From Trichodelitschia bisporula (Eukaryota): 64,000 nucleotides of DNA. The stretch spans positions 1 to 64,000 of the forward strand of contig ML996705.1 of NCBI GenBank assembly GCA_010356995.1, read 5' to 3'. The translations under genes and the position numbers were made by a program. Positions 23,642-36,740 of this stretch are shown here, piece after piece. The notes beneath the pieces were generated by a model, which did not search any database, was not told the origin of the DNA, and saw only the letters and a list, made by a program, of their open reading frames with translations. Position 1 is the stretch's first letter; each line of letters begins with the position of its first letter.

Positions 23642-24849
23642 ATGGAGCCACCCAAAGGCATCGCCCGCCGCATCCGCGACATCGTGGTCGGTCAATGGTT
23701 TTTGATCACCCTCGGAATCCTCATCGCCATTTCGTCACAGGTCCAGGTCCCCGCGGCCCAGCAACGGATCAAACAAACCGTAATTACATATCTCTGCGTC
23801 TCAATGATTTTCTTCATAACCGGCTGCACCCTCCCCTCCTCGTCCCTCCTCGAAAACTACTGGCGCTGGAAACTCCACCTCTTCGTCCAGCTCCAAAGTT
23901 TCCTCCTCAGCTCCGCCGTCTTCTTCGCCGTCGTCAGCGCCGCCGCTTCACGTCGTGACCTCATAGACCCGGGTTTGCTTCTGGGGATGATCATGACTGG
24001 CTGTGTTCCAACCACCATAAGCAGCAATGTCGTCATGACGCGGCAATCGGGTGGCAATACCGCGCTTACGGTCGTTGAGTCTACGTTGGGGAACTTCCTG
24101 GGCCCGTTCCTCACCCCGCCCTTGTTTTACATGTACACCTCCGGCAAACCCTGGTACGCGGAGGTGCTCCCTGCAGACCCGGGCGGCTATGAGCAAATAT
24201 ATCGCCGTGTGTTCAAGCAGCTCGGGCTGTCGGTGTTCTTACCACTGGTACGTGCGCGACGTACATGAAAGGCTGAACGGCAAGGCTGACTCGCTAGGTG
24301 GTTGGGCAATGTGTTCAAAATCTGTTCCCGAAGCCGACCAAAACGGTGTTTGTTAAATACAGACTCGCTAAGCTCAGCAGTTTCTGTCTGCTCGTCATCA
24401 TCTGGCAAACCTACGACCAGGCATTCAGCAGCGGCACCTTCGACTCCCTCAGACCCAGCAATGTCCTTTTCACCGTCCTTGGCTGCGTCGGTATCTTCGT
24501 AGCCATTTTCATCATTTGCCTACTGTCGGCCCACTTGTGGCTGTCGAAAGAGGATGCCATCGCATGCTGCTACTGCGTCCCCGCCAAAGGTCCAGCCATG
24601 GGCATACCCCTCATCTCCGTAATCTTCATCGGCATCAAGCCGCAGCTGCAAAGCCAGCTGCAAATACCGCTCGTGATCTACCAGGGTCTGCAAATCCTCG
24701 CTGGCACGATCATGGTCCCGATCTTCAGAAAATGGCTTGCGCAAGAGAAGCCTGAGGAGGAAGAAGCACGTCTGGCGCCGGATGTCGATGCGGATGCGGA
24801 ACCGAAGACCTCGGGCAGTGGGGCCACCACGCCCACCGCTGTAAAGTAG
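23642..24849 (+). CDS. RCH1: SBF-like bile acid:sodium symporter family protein (RCH1/SLC10A7-like)
   Basis: Multi-pass membrane protein with QWFLITLG, IFFITGCTL, GCVPTTISSNVVMTRQSGGN and ESTLGNFLGPFLTP. One intron at about 24248-24297. Confidence 0.85.
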
Positions 24850-24863
24850 AGTAATAACACCCA

Positions 24864-27008
24864 TTACCCCGTCCGCGCAAACGTCGCTCCGGGCCGCGCC
24901 GGACTCGGCGGCGCCCAGTCAACGCCGTACACCGGGCTCAAGCGCTTCCGTCCATCTGGTCCCTCCGGCGGCCGGAACCCGCTGGCCAGCGAGTTGTTGG
25001 AGCGCATGCCGAGGCGGGACTCGCCGCGGGCGGTGGCGGCGAGGGCGGACAGCTCGCTGAGTTCGAGGTTTGTGGTTGATTTGAAGGAGACGCGATCGTC
25101 GAGCACGGCTTGGTAGTGGTTGTCCGGGTTCTTGGAGACGATGGCGCGGCCGGCGGTCCAGATTGCGGTGGCGAGGAGGACGACGGTGAAGACGCAATTG
25201 ACGACGAAGAAGAGGACGCCTAGGACGCCGATTGCGAGGGGCTGCGCTTGTTAGTGACGTCAGAATGCAGGGGGGGTGGACGTACTGGCAGGCCGAATAT
25301 TCCAGAGAGAAGAAGCAGGATGAGGCTATTCAGCGCATTTATAGAAGCAATAGAAATGCTCCAGGCGTTAGTCGCGCGGTCCATGAAAGGCTTCATGATA
25401 GACATAGCAATCAACATCGCCATGTCCAGAATCACGAACGCGATAGCCTGTACAATGCCAGACTTCTGCGCCGCGCCCACGAAGACGGCTTTGACAAAGG
25501 TGTACACAAGCATGGGAATCAGAAAGTACGCCACGTCGGCCTTGTACGACACGTACAAGAAGCCCCACTTGTTCAACACCATCGGGTCGGCGTAGAGAAT
25601 GTATGCCGGGCTCTTGTGCATGTGCTCCGAGCGCGCGGCGATGAGCCAGATCTTGACGGCCGCGAAGGCAAGCACGGTGACGACGAAGAGCAGCACGGAC
25701 ACGGCGAGCGCAACTTCTCCGCCGGAGTCGTGCCGTGTAAACTCCCAGATGCACAGCACCACCATGGGCGCGAAACCGATGAGCACCTGGTGGTCAGCGT
25801 GACCGGAATCTTGGCGGGAGACTTACGAGACGGAAAATGATCCCTTTTAGTACGAGTAGCCACCCATGCCGGAAGTCGTAGAACTTCGAGCTGTGCATTT
25901 TGCCACTGCGCACTAGACCCTCGCACGCATATCTGAAGAGAACAACGAGGAGGCTGACCAGGAGCAGCACGACGGTGAACATGGTATACCCGGTGAAAAA
26001 GGTATTCGTCGCCTCAATGCCAGCCATGAAGCTGACGCGCTCAATACCCTTAACGGTCTTCACCCGCGCGTCAAAAGAGGAGCTGGAGCCCAGGTTCGAG
26101 CGCTTTTGGATGTGCACCGACATCGTGGACAGCGACGAGAGCAACATCGCTGGCTTCCCACCCGTGGCCCGCTGATACCACGTCGCCATGCGCTGCAGGA
26201 AGCCCACGCGGATAATACCCATACTCCACTGGAAATTCTGCGTCCAGGCGCGGATGATCGGGGGCGTGTGGACAGCGGTCATGCCTGGCGGTCAGCGCGC
26301 GCAACGACTGGACGGGGATCGTACCTATCTGTGCCTGCGCTTGGAAGTAGTTAAGGATGCTCAAAATGTTGGCGGCGACGTGTGCCGACGTCGAGAAATG
26401 ACCTCGTCCCGAGGCAATCGCCGACGAGACGAGACAGAGGCCTGTCAGCACGGCGATGGCCCACGCCACGCCCTTCTGGTTCACGGTCTTGCCGTTGCGT
26501 AGCTCGGCTTCGACGCACGCGAGTGGGCGTCGATCGTCCGTTTCGTTGATCCAGACGCGCACTTTGCCGTCGAGGTCGGGGATGTAGTAAATGGCATCTA
26601 GGACGTTAGTGAGCTCCAGCAACTTTGCGGCTAGGGCCACGCACTTGGGACCTGCTTGATGGCATCTGCTGGCAGCGGCGCATTCGAGCGCAAGTTCTGC
26701 AGACTACCGGCGGACATTGGGCATACGCCCTTGAGACTGGGGTCGGAGCATGGGTCGAGAGTTTTGTGGTACACATCGTAGCCGTAGCCGGAGACTTGGA
26801 TGTCGAGTGTTACATATGCCGACACCTCCGATTCCCCGTTGATGTTGTATGCCAATGTGGCATTGTCTGGCGTGAAGACGACGTTGAAGAAGGTTGCGGT
26901 GAAGCTGGAGTTGGCCATGCACGGATTGAGCGAGGTGCTCTCAATCATTCGTACAGCCCGGGCATACTGGAACCCAGCTGCCAAAACAGCAGCTCGTGAA
27001 AGGCGCAT
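24864..27008 (-). CDS. TRP-like/FLC (flavin carrier, Pkd2-like) membrane protein
   Basis: Signal peptide and ML-like TRP_N domain, with IPDLDGKVRV, LACVEAELRNGKTV, WTQNFQWSMGII, WGFLYVSYKA and KPFMDRATN. About four short introns. The last exon reads KNPDNHYQAVLDDRVSF...FARTG*. Confidence 0.9.
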
Positions 27009-28409
27009 ATTGTTGTGGTTGGAAAGGTGTCGGTTTCAAGAGTTCTGTTGTTGAGGCTCGCGGTGATCTACTTGGGCAATCTAATTAGACGAGATCCATT
27101 ATTGGCACTGTGATTCAGGCACGCACTGGGCAACGGCAAATCAGCAACTGTGTTTAATTAGCGATAAATTGGTCACTGAATGCTTGTGAACGACGGCCCC
27201 CGAAGTTCATCCTCCAGTTCAAGGTGACCTCTGGAGCGACGTGCATGCTAAATCTGCAATTATCCGCCACGGGTACCGAATAGTGAAAATGGGTGTGCCG
27301 CCGGCAGTCAGACGTTTCACGAGCCATTGGCAGGTCGTACTCTACCCTCTGCTGCAAAAGCCACCAGATAGGATAATTAGCGGAGGGCCGCCGGAAGCTC
27401 CAGACGCTTGCGCACCGTGCAGAAAGGCGAATCCTTCAAATATAATAAATTCTTCGGTGGTAGGGCTACTTTGCTGAAGGGCCAAATGTATTACCGTCTC
27501 CGCAATGGTTAGGCGTATGAGTCCGGCCACGACTTGAGCCAGTGTTGTGGTAACAGTTGGCCATGAAGGGCATTGGGTCAGTGAAAGCCAGCTCCATAAG
27601 GACATCCGTTCGATCAAGCAGAGAATGCATCATCTTCCCGATACGCTGTGGCTCCAGATTAGCTTTGGCCTTCTTACTCCGAGGCGGACGGTGATAAATG
27701 CCAAAGTGGGATCGACCTGGGCTACGTAGGCTTTAACCGTCATCCAAACAGTCCCGGCGTCTTGGAGCTGACGTCGTAGGAGCAGCCGTGATACACATGC
27801 AGACGGGAGTCGGTCTGGTATTTACAGTTAGCAGAAGATTTTGGCCATCAATGATGGGGATGGCGGTGGTGATGGCTGAACACCTGAGCCTCAAGTTCAG
27901 CGACGCGAAGTCTCCACGGATGTAGCTGTCGTAAAGTAACCGTCCAAAGAGCTCGTCCGGTTCATCTATACCGTATGTAATCAGCAAGCAAAGAGCAGCA
28001 TTCCATACATCACACTCGTCGCATCTGGCGTCAACCTTCAATGGAGTGGAGTGGCCCGTTGTTGTGACGAAAGAGGAGAGGCTTGGCAGCCCAGACAAGC
28101 TCCGCGGCTGCGCGTAGATCCCATCCCGGCCGCGAATTCCTCGGCCCGCGTCCACTCAGCTTCTCCCCCTCCCAAAACAACAAAACACCATCACGAACAA
28201 ATCCCCAGCAACCGCCCCCTCCCGTCAAACACACGGCCAACGCCCATCCCTACCCCCTCTCGCTACCACCTCATCGCCAAGCAAACGTCCCGAACTCGCG
28301 TCCCGTCCGCGCTCCCATCACCAACGACACTCCCACCCGGGCCCTCCCACCCGGCGCGTGCGCAAATCCCGCCTTCAACCAACCCACCACCGCAGCACCC
28401 CACCCGTCC

Positions 28410-30129
28410 ATGACCGCGCTCCTCACGCGCTCGCCGCTGCAGTCCCTGAGCATGTCATCGAGCCAGCGCGCGACGCGGCGGAGCACGCGCCACGTCTTCG
28501 ACGACGACGACCCGCCGCCTGCGAAGCGCACCAAGCTCGACGGCGCGTCTGCGATGCCTCCCCCCGCGAAGAAAGCCAATGGACGAGCCGCTGCTGCAAC
28601 TAGCAAGAGGAAGAATCGTATGTTGAGGTTTGCGCCCTGCGAGCCGCGGGTTTGCTAATGCGCGCAGAATACGATGAGGATGAGGATGGATTCAAGTTCA
28701 CACGTGCGCGCTCGAAGAAGGCCCAGCCACGCGACGAGGCGCCGACTGTGCCTGAGCCGAAACCCGCGAAGACTGCTCCCGCGCGCACGAAGCGAAAAGC
28801 AGGTCCGGCGACCTTGGAAGACGAGGCGGTTGCCCCACCGGTCGCCCCGCCAGTCGCCGAGCCCACCGGACGCAGACGCTCAGCGCGCCTGTCCGGCGAC
28901 AAAGTCGTCGAGCCGCCAGTGCCGGTGCGACGACCGAAGAAGACACTCCCCACGAGCCCGGAGGGCAGTCCGCCACCGACCACGAACGGTCTCGAAGTAG
29001 ACAAGCAGCGCGAAGGCACGAAGATCGCTTTACCCTTCGCCGACACACCCGTGATCCGACGCAACAAGGAAATGCGCGACAAGATCAAGACCAAGAACCG
29101 GCGCAGCAGTACGGGAATGCGCGGCCGACGGGCCAGCTCGCTGATCGAGAGCGGGACGTCAAACGGTGGGCAATTCCGCGCCTCGGATAGGGCTCTTTCC
29201 GCGCCGCCTCGTGGCGCTGCGATTCGGGAACTTGATGCTAACTTTGGTGGTCTAGCGGTGCCGCATGCCGATGTTGAGGCGAGCGAGTTTTATAAGCATA
29301 TCGAGCAGAGCTTGCCGGAGCCACGGCGCATGAAGCAGTTGCTGACGTGGTGCGGAGCGCGCGCGTTGCCTGAAAAGGTGCGCGGTGGCATGTCCGACCT
29401 GCATGAGAACTTGGCTGTGGAATCGGGTACGTTGCTCTCTAGATGATGAAAGGCAAAGCTAACAGGAACAGCGCGACACATACAAGAGGAGCTGCTGCGC
29501 GACTTTGCGAACAAGTCGGAAATGTCCAATTGGTTTGACCGAGTGCGTTCTCCTCTCGTACATCTCATACTCTTCTAACTGTCCCAGGAGGACACAACGC
29601 CGAAAGTCATCGTCAAGACCCCTAACCCGCGGAACATCCAGAACGCCGCCAAAATCGAAGAACTCGAAGCCGAGATCCAGCGGTACTTTTCCCCTCCTCC
29701 CTTCCTCCACAATCCCCCTAACACGCAAGCAGATTACAAGACGAAAAACGCACCTGGGAATCCCTCCTCAAATCCTCCTCCCAACCACCCCTCCCCCCCT
29801 CCACAGACCCCATCTCCGCCTCTGCTCTCTCCGAATCCCAAACCCCACATCTCTCCCTCCTCACCAACCCGACCCCCGCCCCCCTCCCGCGCCTCCAATC
29901 CCTCTCTACAAGCCTCGAACAGCACATCGACGCCTTCGCCTCCGGCATCCACCGCCTCTCCGCCTTCCGCACCGCCGCCGACGCAACCGGGTACGAAATT
30001 CTCGACGCCGCGGTTAGGCGCTTAGAAGCGAGGCAGAAAGCGGCGGCGCAGGCGGCGGGGACGGCAGGCGTGAGTGGGGCACGGGTGCTGGGTGCGTTGG
30101 GGAAGGCGCTGGGGGAGCGGGGCATGTAG
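28410..30129 (+). CDS. mis13: Kinetochore MIND/Mis12 complex subunit Mis13/Dsn1
   Basis: Motifs IALPFADTPVIRRNKEMR, RRSSTGMRGRRASSLI and EFYKHIEQSLPEPRRMKQLLTWC. About five introns; TAG at 30127-30129. Confidence 0.87.
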
Positions 30130-30672
30130 GGTCCAGGGTTGATGTGTTTCGTGCTGCTAGTGATGGTGACGGGTAATGAGCTCTCCTGCGACGTATGCGA
30201 TTTTATGTATGGCCGGTGTGGTGGGCGGATTTATGGGGCCTGGGGAGTTGGGCGTTTTCGTTTATCTCTGAGCATACCCCGTGTTGTCTGAATGGACCTT
30301 GTGTTTGTGTATTTCTAGCTCTGAGTCGCTTGGGCATGTGGTGTCATCGAGGCGTTTTATCCATGCAGTCACGGGCTGTTCGCGTAGCACTATTCGAATT
30401 GAGCGAATTACTGTATTGCTGTTCGGTGCATCATGACTATCGCTCCGGAGGCTCAATGGCCTCAGTAGAGTGCTAACCAAGCGAGTGACCACGGATGCCC
30501 AACGCGTTGCGCAGCGCTCCAGCATGCCTACCTAATGATTGTTGCCCAATATCGCCTCATCAAATCAGTCCAGTTCCGGGTACCGTTACATCCCATCCAT
30601 CCCGCATAATCATAGAGTACACACAGCCCGGTGATCCAACCCAACTCCGCGCACAAGACCTCAAACACCAGG

Positions 30673-32295
30673 CTAATCACTCCCCGCCCCACCCCCATCC
30701 AAAAACGCCCTCAACCGTCCCGAATCCTTCTTAGCCACAAAATACGTCCCCCCCGCATCCGTCCAGCTCACAAAGCCAGACCAATACTCCCTCCTCTCCA
30801 CCGTCAAGAGATTGCGCGGATCCTCCACATTCCGCCTCTTCGTAACCCACTTGTCGGGGACAAAGCTCTTGAGACTCACGACGCGGCACCCTTCCTTCAA
30901 ATCCAGGAACTTCATCAGCAGCGCGTCGTTCAGTGCGGGGAAGAAAGCTTGGTTGTTGACCAGGACGACATCCGCCCCGCGAAGTGCGGTATCAATCTCC
31001 GGACACGCAAGAAAGTCCCCCTGAATGACACGCACACGGCCGGGCACAAGGCCCCAGCGCAAACACCTTGCCCTAAACTCGCGGACCTGTTCTGCAGCCA
31101 TCCGGGCCGGGTTAGGCATGACCTCGATGCCCCACGCCTCAGCGCCAGACTGGAGCGCCGCATGGAGAACCACATTCGCAACACCAGATCCCAGATCCAC
31201 AAACGTGTGCCTGGAGGACAGCGCCGTGTCGTGGAAGATCTGTGCGGCGAAGCGCGGGAGGAGCTCGCCATAGACGTTGTCGGTGCCGTTTTCGTATTGC
31301 TTGAGCAGGTGCACGGCGGGGGAGACGGTGCGCATGTAGGTCTGGCCCAGGATGTGTTCGGTGAGGGCGAAGGGGAGGGCGCGCACGCTGGACATGTGCC
31401 GTTGGATGGTCTCGTCAAGCAGGGAGGTGCGGATCAGGGTGTTGAAGTCTCGAACCGCCGCGGTGAACTTGTCGAGGGAGAGGTCGTGGACGGCGCGGCG
31501 GAGGCGGCGTGGGAAGCCTGTGAGCTCGTTGGTGTGTTTGGCTGCGAGGTCTGGCGGGAGGTAGAAGAGCAGAATTTGCTCGACCGTGTTGATTATGTCG
31601 TCGATGGGCTTGTAGTTGTTCGAGTCGCGCGGCGTCACGAGCGCGAAACTGCGTCATCAGCACCGTCCATCACATAGCTCATGTAGTACTCACGTCTCTG
31701 TTCGCGCAAAGCTGGGATACTGGAGCACGATCTCAGGCACATCGCCCTCGCCCTCAAACACACGCTCGTAATCCGGCTGCGATGCCGTCAAATCCGAGCT
31801 GTGAATGAGTACGCCGCGCTGCTCATCCTGCTCCTTGTCCTCCTTGCCCTTGAGCCGGTCTCTGTCCCTCTTCCGATCTCTTGGTCCCTTCTTGCCAGCC
31901 TGGTATAGCACACGTTCTGTATCTGGCTCGAGAGTGGTGTCCCGCGGACTGTGTCGGAGGCGTTTGTTCAGCGACTCCAGTGTAAAGTCATCATCCTCAT
32001 TATCGTCACTATCCTCCCCCCACTGCGGTACCACCGGCTCAGGTAACTTGCGTTTCTTGCTCATCTCGTTCTTGATCGTAGAGGTGTCGTCTATGGTGAT
32101 CTTGGGAGGTGGTCTGCTTTTGACTCCGGCGGGGGCCTTGCGGGGTACGCGTTCGCGAGGCCGTGGGCGGCGCTCCAACGTGAGGAGGTCCTTAGATGCG
32201 GACGCGGCCTTTTGCTTGCCATCCTTGGGCGGGACCGGGCGCGGACTAGAAACCTTGTGTACCACGGGCTGTGGCTTCTTGACGTTAAGAAACAT
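30673..32295 (-). CDS. DOT1: Histone H3K79 methyltransferase Dot1
   Basis: Motifs NVYGELLP, FVDLGSGVANVV, WGIEVM, VLVNNQAF and VSWTDAGGTYF. One intron at about 31649-31693. Confidence 0.93.
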
Positions 32296-33058
32296 GTTTG
32301 GCGTCGCGTGCGCGTGTCGATGACGTGCGCTTGTCGATGCCCATGCGGTGTAAGGAGTGGTACTATTGCGGGGCAGATATCCAAAGGAGAGTTGATGCAG
32401 TTGCTGCGAGAAAAATGCGACGAGAGAGTGGAAGAGCAGAGTGAAGTTGCGTGCGACTGGTGGTGATGTCGCCCCAGAGTCTCACACCCTCACCTACCGA
32501 ACCCACGTGATTTACCGACAATACGATGCACTGCCACAACCTGTCCTTGGAAGCGCCACAACCACGCCGAATGAGGACACCGGTGTCAGCATCTCGTTAT
32601 TAGCTGTCCAACTAAATCACAGTCCAACTAAATCACAAATAAGGCGAACACGGCCGTGACGGCCTCATGCATTCAATCAAGTCTATTCGCTACCCATACA
32701 TTCTATACATGTTCGCCCCCAAAACCAAGGGGCAGCCAAACGGCCGCCAGCAAGAGGGGAGTGACCAAAAAGACAAGCACATGGGACGCAAAAACACATT
32801 CAAAGAATCATGGAAAGCCATTATGCCAGACCGTTCTTTTGCCGCAGTAAATAGAACTCTTTTCCGTCTCCGCTACTGTGGTTAAAAGCACCGCAAGCAT
32901 GCACCGTCGCTGCGCCCGCCTAACCTTCCACAGATAGCGCACGAAACATCAAATCATGCATAGACCCCACCCCCACTTGCGCCAGTGAAACCCAGGAAGC
33001 CCCTTCGGCCGTCATCCGCGATGAATGTCGTAAACTTCCCCGGTGCGATGTTATGCCC

Positions 33059-35123
33059 CTACGACGCGCGCGAGCCACCGCGGCCGCGACCGCCCTTGCC
33101 GCGCGCAGGCACCGATGTCCATCCATCCTCCTCCTGCTTCTCGGAAGGCCCCGATGGCGAGACAGGAGTCGCGGGAGCAGAGCCCTTAGGCCGACGCCAC
33201 GAGCCGCCGGCAGGCTGGACCTTCGGGCCCCGAGGAGGTTCCCGAATGAACTCCTTCGGCTTGGCCGCCTTTTCGTCCGTGACGGAAGTTGTAGCATCAC
33301 CGGTAGTAGAGACCTCCGTTTCAGTGCGGCTAAGGATCTGGACGGGACGTGCCTCGCCATTTTCGCTGGTGCCGCCGTTGGCGCTGGTGGCCTCTGCAGA
33401 CGCGCTGGTGGCCTCTGCAGACGCGCTGGTGGCCTCTGCAGACGCGCTGGCCTCGGCTTCGCTCGCGGGAGCCTTCGGTGCAGCAGCCGCCTCACGGGCA
33501 GCCTCCTTCTCCTCACGAGCCTTGGCATCGGCCTCCTTCTTCTGGCGAATCGCGAGCTGGCGCTTCTCCTCGACCTCGCGTTCCCTAGCAGCCGTGTCAA
33601 TGGGACGAGCCGCACCAAACGGATTGGCCTTGGATTCAGAGACAGGAGCCGCAGCAGCAGGCGGGACGGCCTCGGAAACTGTGCGCTTCGCGAGGTTCAG
33701 CTTCGGGCGCATGGCAGGAGCCGGAGGCTGGGCAGGGGACGAAGGAGCACTCGGCTCAGGAGTAGATGCCGCCGAGGGGGTGTCGGGCTTCATGCGCGCA
33801 CGCCACTGGTTGTCGCGCTCAGCAGCAGTAGGTTGGCGGTCGTAACCGGGACGCTCGCGGAACTCGCCACGGGGAGGACGCGAACCGTCCTGCGAACGGC
33901 CCTCGCCCCAGGCCGGAGACGCTTTCCGCTCCCGAGGAGCCTCATTATTGCGCAGGCGACCGCCCTCGCGAACCGGAGGACCGGCAGTGGGTGCAGGTGA
34001 GAGAGGTCCGCGGCGCTCCCAGTTGTTCAGATCACGTGTCTTTCCATCACCCTCGAAGTTCGAGCGACGGCTGCCACCACGCTCCATCTCGGGCGCGGCT
34101 CCCTCGTAGTTGCGGAAACCACCCTTGTCGGACGCCCGACGGGTCGCGTTTGGGAGGTCAGGGAGAGGACCCTTGCGAGTCCAGTCGTCAAAAGTGCGAA
34201 TCTCGCCACGGTCCTTAGCTGTTGTGTGTTAGAAAGTTGGGAAGGAGAAGGACAGTATACATACGCGGATCGGCAACGCTGATGCGGATGTTGCGGCCCT
34301 GGAATTGAGCCTGATTCAGCTCGAGAGCCTTCTTCAGACCCTCCAAAGTGCCGAACTCGACGTAGCCGAAACCTTTCGGCTTCCGCTCAACTTTGTCCTC
34401 CACGATGCGGACACTGGTAACTTCGCAGCCGGCGAAGAAGTCCTCGATGTCGGGATTGGTGGCATCGAAGGGCAAGTTGCCGAGATGGGCCGTGTAGGGA
34501 GGCTTGGACGGCAGAGGCAGTTCCTCGCGAACGGCGTAACCGCGATCGCCACCGCCATGAGCTAACATGTCAGCTTGAGCTTCTGGATCAGCCGGAGGAC
34601 GTACCGTAAGAACGCTCGCCACCACCAAAACCACCGCCGGAGCCACCGTAGGCGCGACGTTCACCGAAGCCACCGGAGTCTGATATAGGGTTAGTCCTGT
34701 TTCATAGGAGATGTATGCGCACTGGTGCAGCGTCGAGCTTACCAGCTACGAAAAGTTAGCAGAGAACAACAACCTAGGTACCGGAAAAAACTTACAAGGA
34801 AGGGGCATATCCTCCATCTCATCGGCCCAGGAGCCTAGAGCCGCTGGCAAGTTTAGCGCACACGATTTAAGGTGGGGTCGAAGACTCAAGTGCCCCGCGA
34901 TCGATGGGAGCAGTGCAACACCCCGACGACTCGCGAAATCACTATCGCCGACTCGATAGATATCTGATAAACTCACTCTTGTTGCCGAGAAACTCCCCGA
35001 GGGAGAGCTTCTGGACCTCCTTCTTCTTAGGAGCTGCGATTTGTTAGCTTGGAGTCCGGGCGAAGGCAGCTCGAGCCATTGCAATTGCGCAAGCTCGTAA
35101 GCTGATGCTGGAGACGCACCCAT
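33059..35123 (-). CDS. TIF3: Translation initiation factor eIF4B (Tif3/Sce3-like)
   Basis: Spliced N-terminus MAPKKKEVQKLSLGEFL...GSWADEMEDMPLP. RRM with PPYTAHLGNLPF and KGFGYVEF, then NPFGAARPIDTAARE. About seven exons, including a 4-nt first coding segment and a 3-nt microexon. Confidence 0.9.
33381..33450. repeat. 21-bp coding tandem repeat, about 3.3 copies (SASAEAT) in eIF4B
   Basis: gcgctggtggcctctgcagac is repeated exactly three times. Confidence 0.95.
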
Positions 35124-35657
35124 GATTGCGATTTGAGACGCGCCGATTTGAACGCGCCTGGTGAAAAGTAGTGCGGGGGTGCGTTGCAGTCGACAAAAAC
35201 TGCGGGGTGGGGCTGATGTGGATTATGTTGTCCAGATAGGAACAACGGGTCGACGCGATGATGATGCCTTGACAGTGGGAAAAGGCGTGCTGTGTCGATG
35301 CAGTGGTAGAGTGGTGCTGCTTCGACAAGTGGTCGATGTTTGCGAGGTGGTGAAGGTGGTGGAGGGTGAATGTCGGCGGTCGTTAGCGAGCCGGCGAAAA
35401 TTGCCGCCAGGCCGCTAACCTTCACTGTAAGGCCGCCAAGACTTTGAACGCCGGGGTGAATGTGCAGTTTGTCCCGCCGAAGCCACCCAAACACCCCAGT
35501 CGATTTCCATCTTGACGTTGTCCTGCAGCAACAGGAACCCAACGACCGACGTCGAAACCAGCCAGATAATCATAATCACGACTCTTCGTACATGGACGCT
35601 AACAGAGCCGCATTCCGCCATCCATCTCTTCCCCATCGGTAGTTTTGCCCTCTGCTC

Positions 35658-36740
35658 ATGTCCGAATCGCAAGCTGTCCAGCATAAGCAGCTGGAGAATG
35701 CCCCGATTCTCATCCCCGCCTTGAAGGTCGGCCTCGGAGCCGGTAAGTCTGTTGTATCCTTGATATATGAAGTTTGCTATGTTATGGCTCGTGAGGTGTG
35801 CCGTCTGGCTACTCTTAGAGTATATGTTCCCGCCTGTTTAATTTATCGTTCGTCTTGTTGTCTTTTTGTCGGTCGTTCTTATACCCGTTATAGCTCTCAC
35901 GGCTCTCAATGTCGCTATCAGTGTCGCTCTTGGCTCATCGTCATTCCATTCCTTTTTAGTCATTCTTCCGTAGTCATTCTTATACTTGCTCTCGCAGGCA
36001 TTCTCGTCTCACCATGATCCCATCTCTTCCATAATTGCCCGTATAGTTGCTCTCGCAGTCGTTCTCATCTCAGCATTCTTACATCCCCCTCTTATGTTCA
36101 CCCGCTAACCTCACCACCAGGCCTAACCGGCACCTTCATCGGCTCAATCCTCGGCACCCTCCGCTCGCCAACACCGGTCCTCTTCGCCCTCATCAGCGGC
36201 GCCCAATGGTCCCTCCTCGGCACCACCTACTGGGCCCTCCGCATCTCCCTCCTGCGGACTCAAGTCGGAACAGATGGCACACTAACTCCGCAGCGGCAGC
36301 ATGCGACCAGTGGTGCCGCAGGAGGTATAGCCGCCGCCGTAATCGGGTTTGCAACGCGTATGTTCCTTACCCCTCTTCTCCGGTTCCGGCCCACTGACGG
36401 CACAGGCGGCCGTGCAAATGTCCTGCCCGGCCTGCTCATGGGTAGTTTAACCGGCTACGGGGGCGATGCGGCGTACATGTCATTCATTGCGCGACGTGCC
36501 GCTGCCGTCGATCAGCCTCCCGGGCCGCCGTGGTGGAAGCGTGTTGCCAACTCGGGGTGGAGTCCCGTTAAGGTGCTCGGGGATGCGGAGTATGAGTCGT
36601 TGCTGCGGGAGAAGATGTTGCGGGTTGAAGCGGAGATTGCTGTGATTGATGATGATATCCGGGCGTTGAGGGAGGGGAAAGTGAGAGAAGGGAAGGAGGG
36701 AAAAATGACGACAAGAGAAAACGGCAAAAGTTCGAGTTGA
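35658..36740 (+). CDS. Conserved fungal membrane protein, Tim17/Tim22/Pmp24-like
   Basis: Gly/Ala-rich TM helices (SGAAGGIAAAVIG, RGRANVLPGLLMGSL) and C-terminal WSPVKVL...YESLLREKMLRVEAEIAVID. Introns at about 35743-36120 and 36358-36405. Confidence 0.65.

Noticed and set aside
30631..31677. 348-aa plus-strand ORF
   Set aside because: Antisense shadow of DOT1 in GC-rich coding sequence.
33381..33450. Direct repeats as a possible CRISPR array
   Set aside because: No spacers; this is a eukaryotic coding tandem repeat. The same applies to 52590-52755.
32920..34000. Several long overlapping ORFs (232-315 aa)
   Set aside because: Alternative-frame or antisense shadows of eIF4B.
34847..34977. 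Possible intronic snoRNA or hairpin in eIF4B intron 2
   Set aside because: A GC hairpin is conceivable, but there are no convincing C/D or H/ACA boxes; an Rfam search would be needed.
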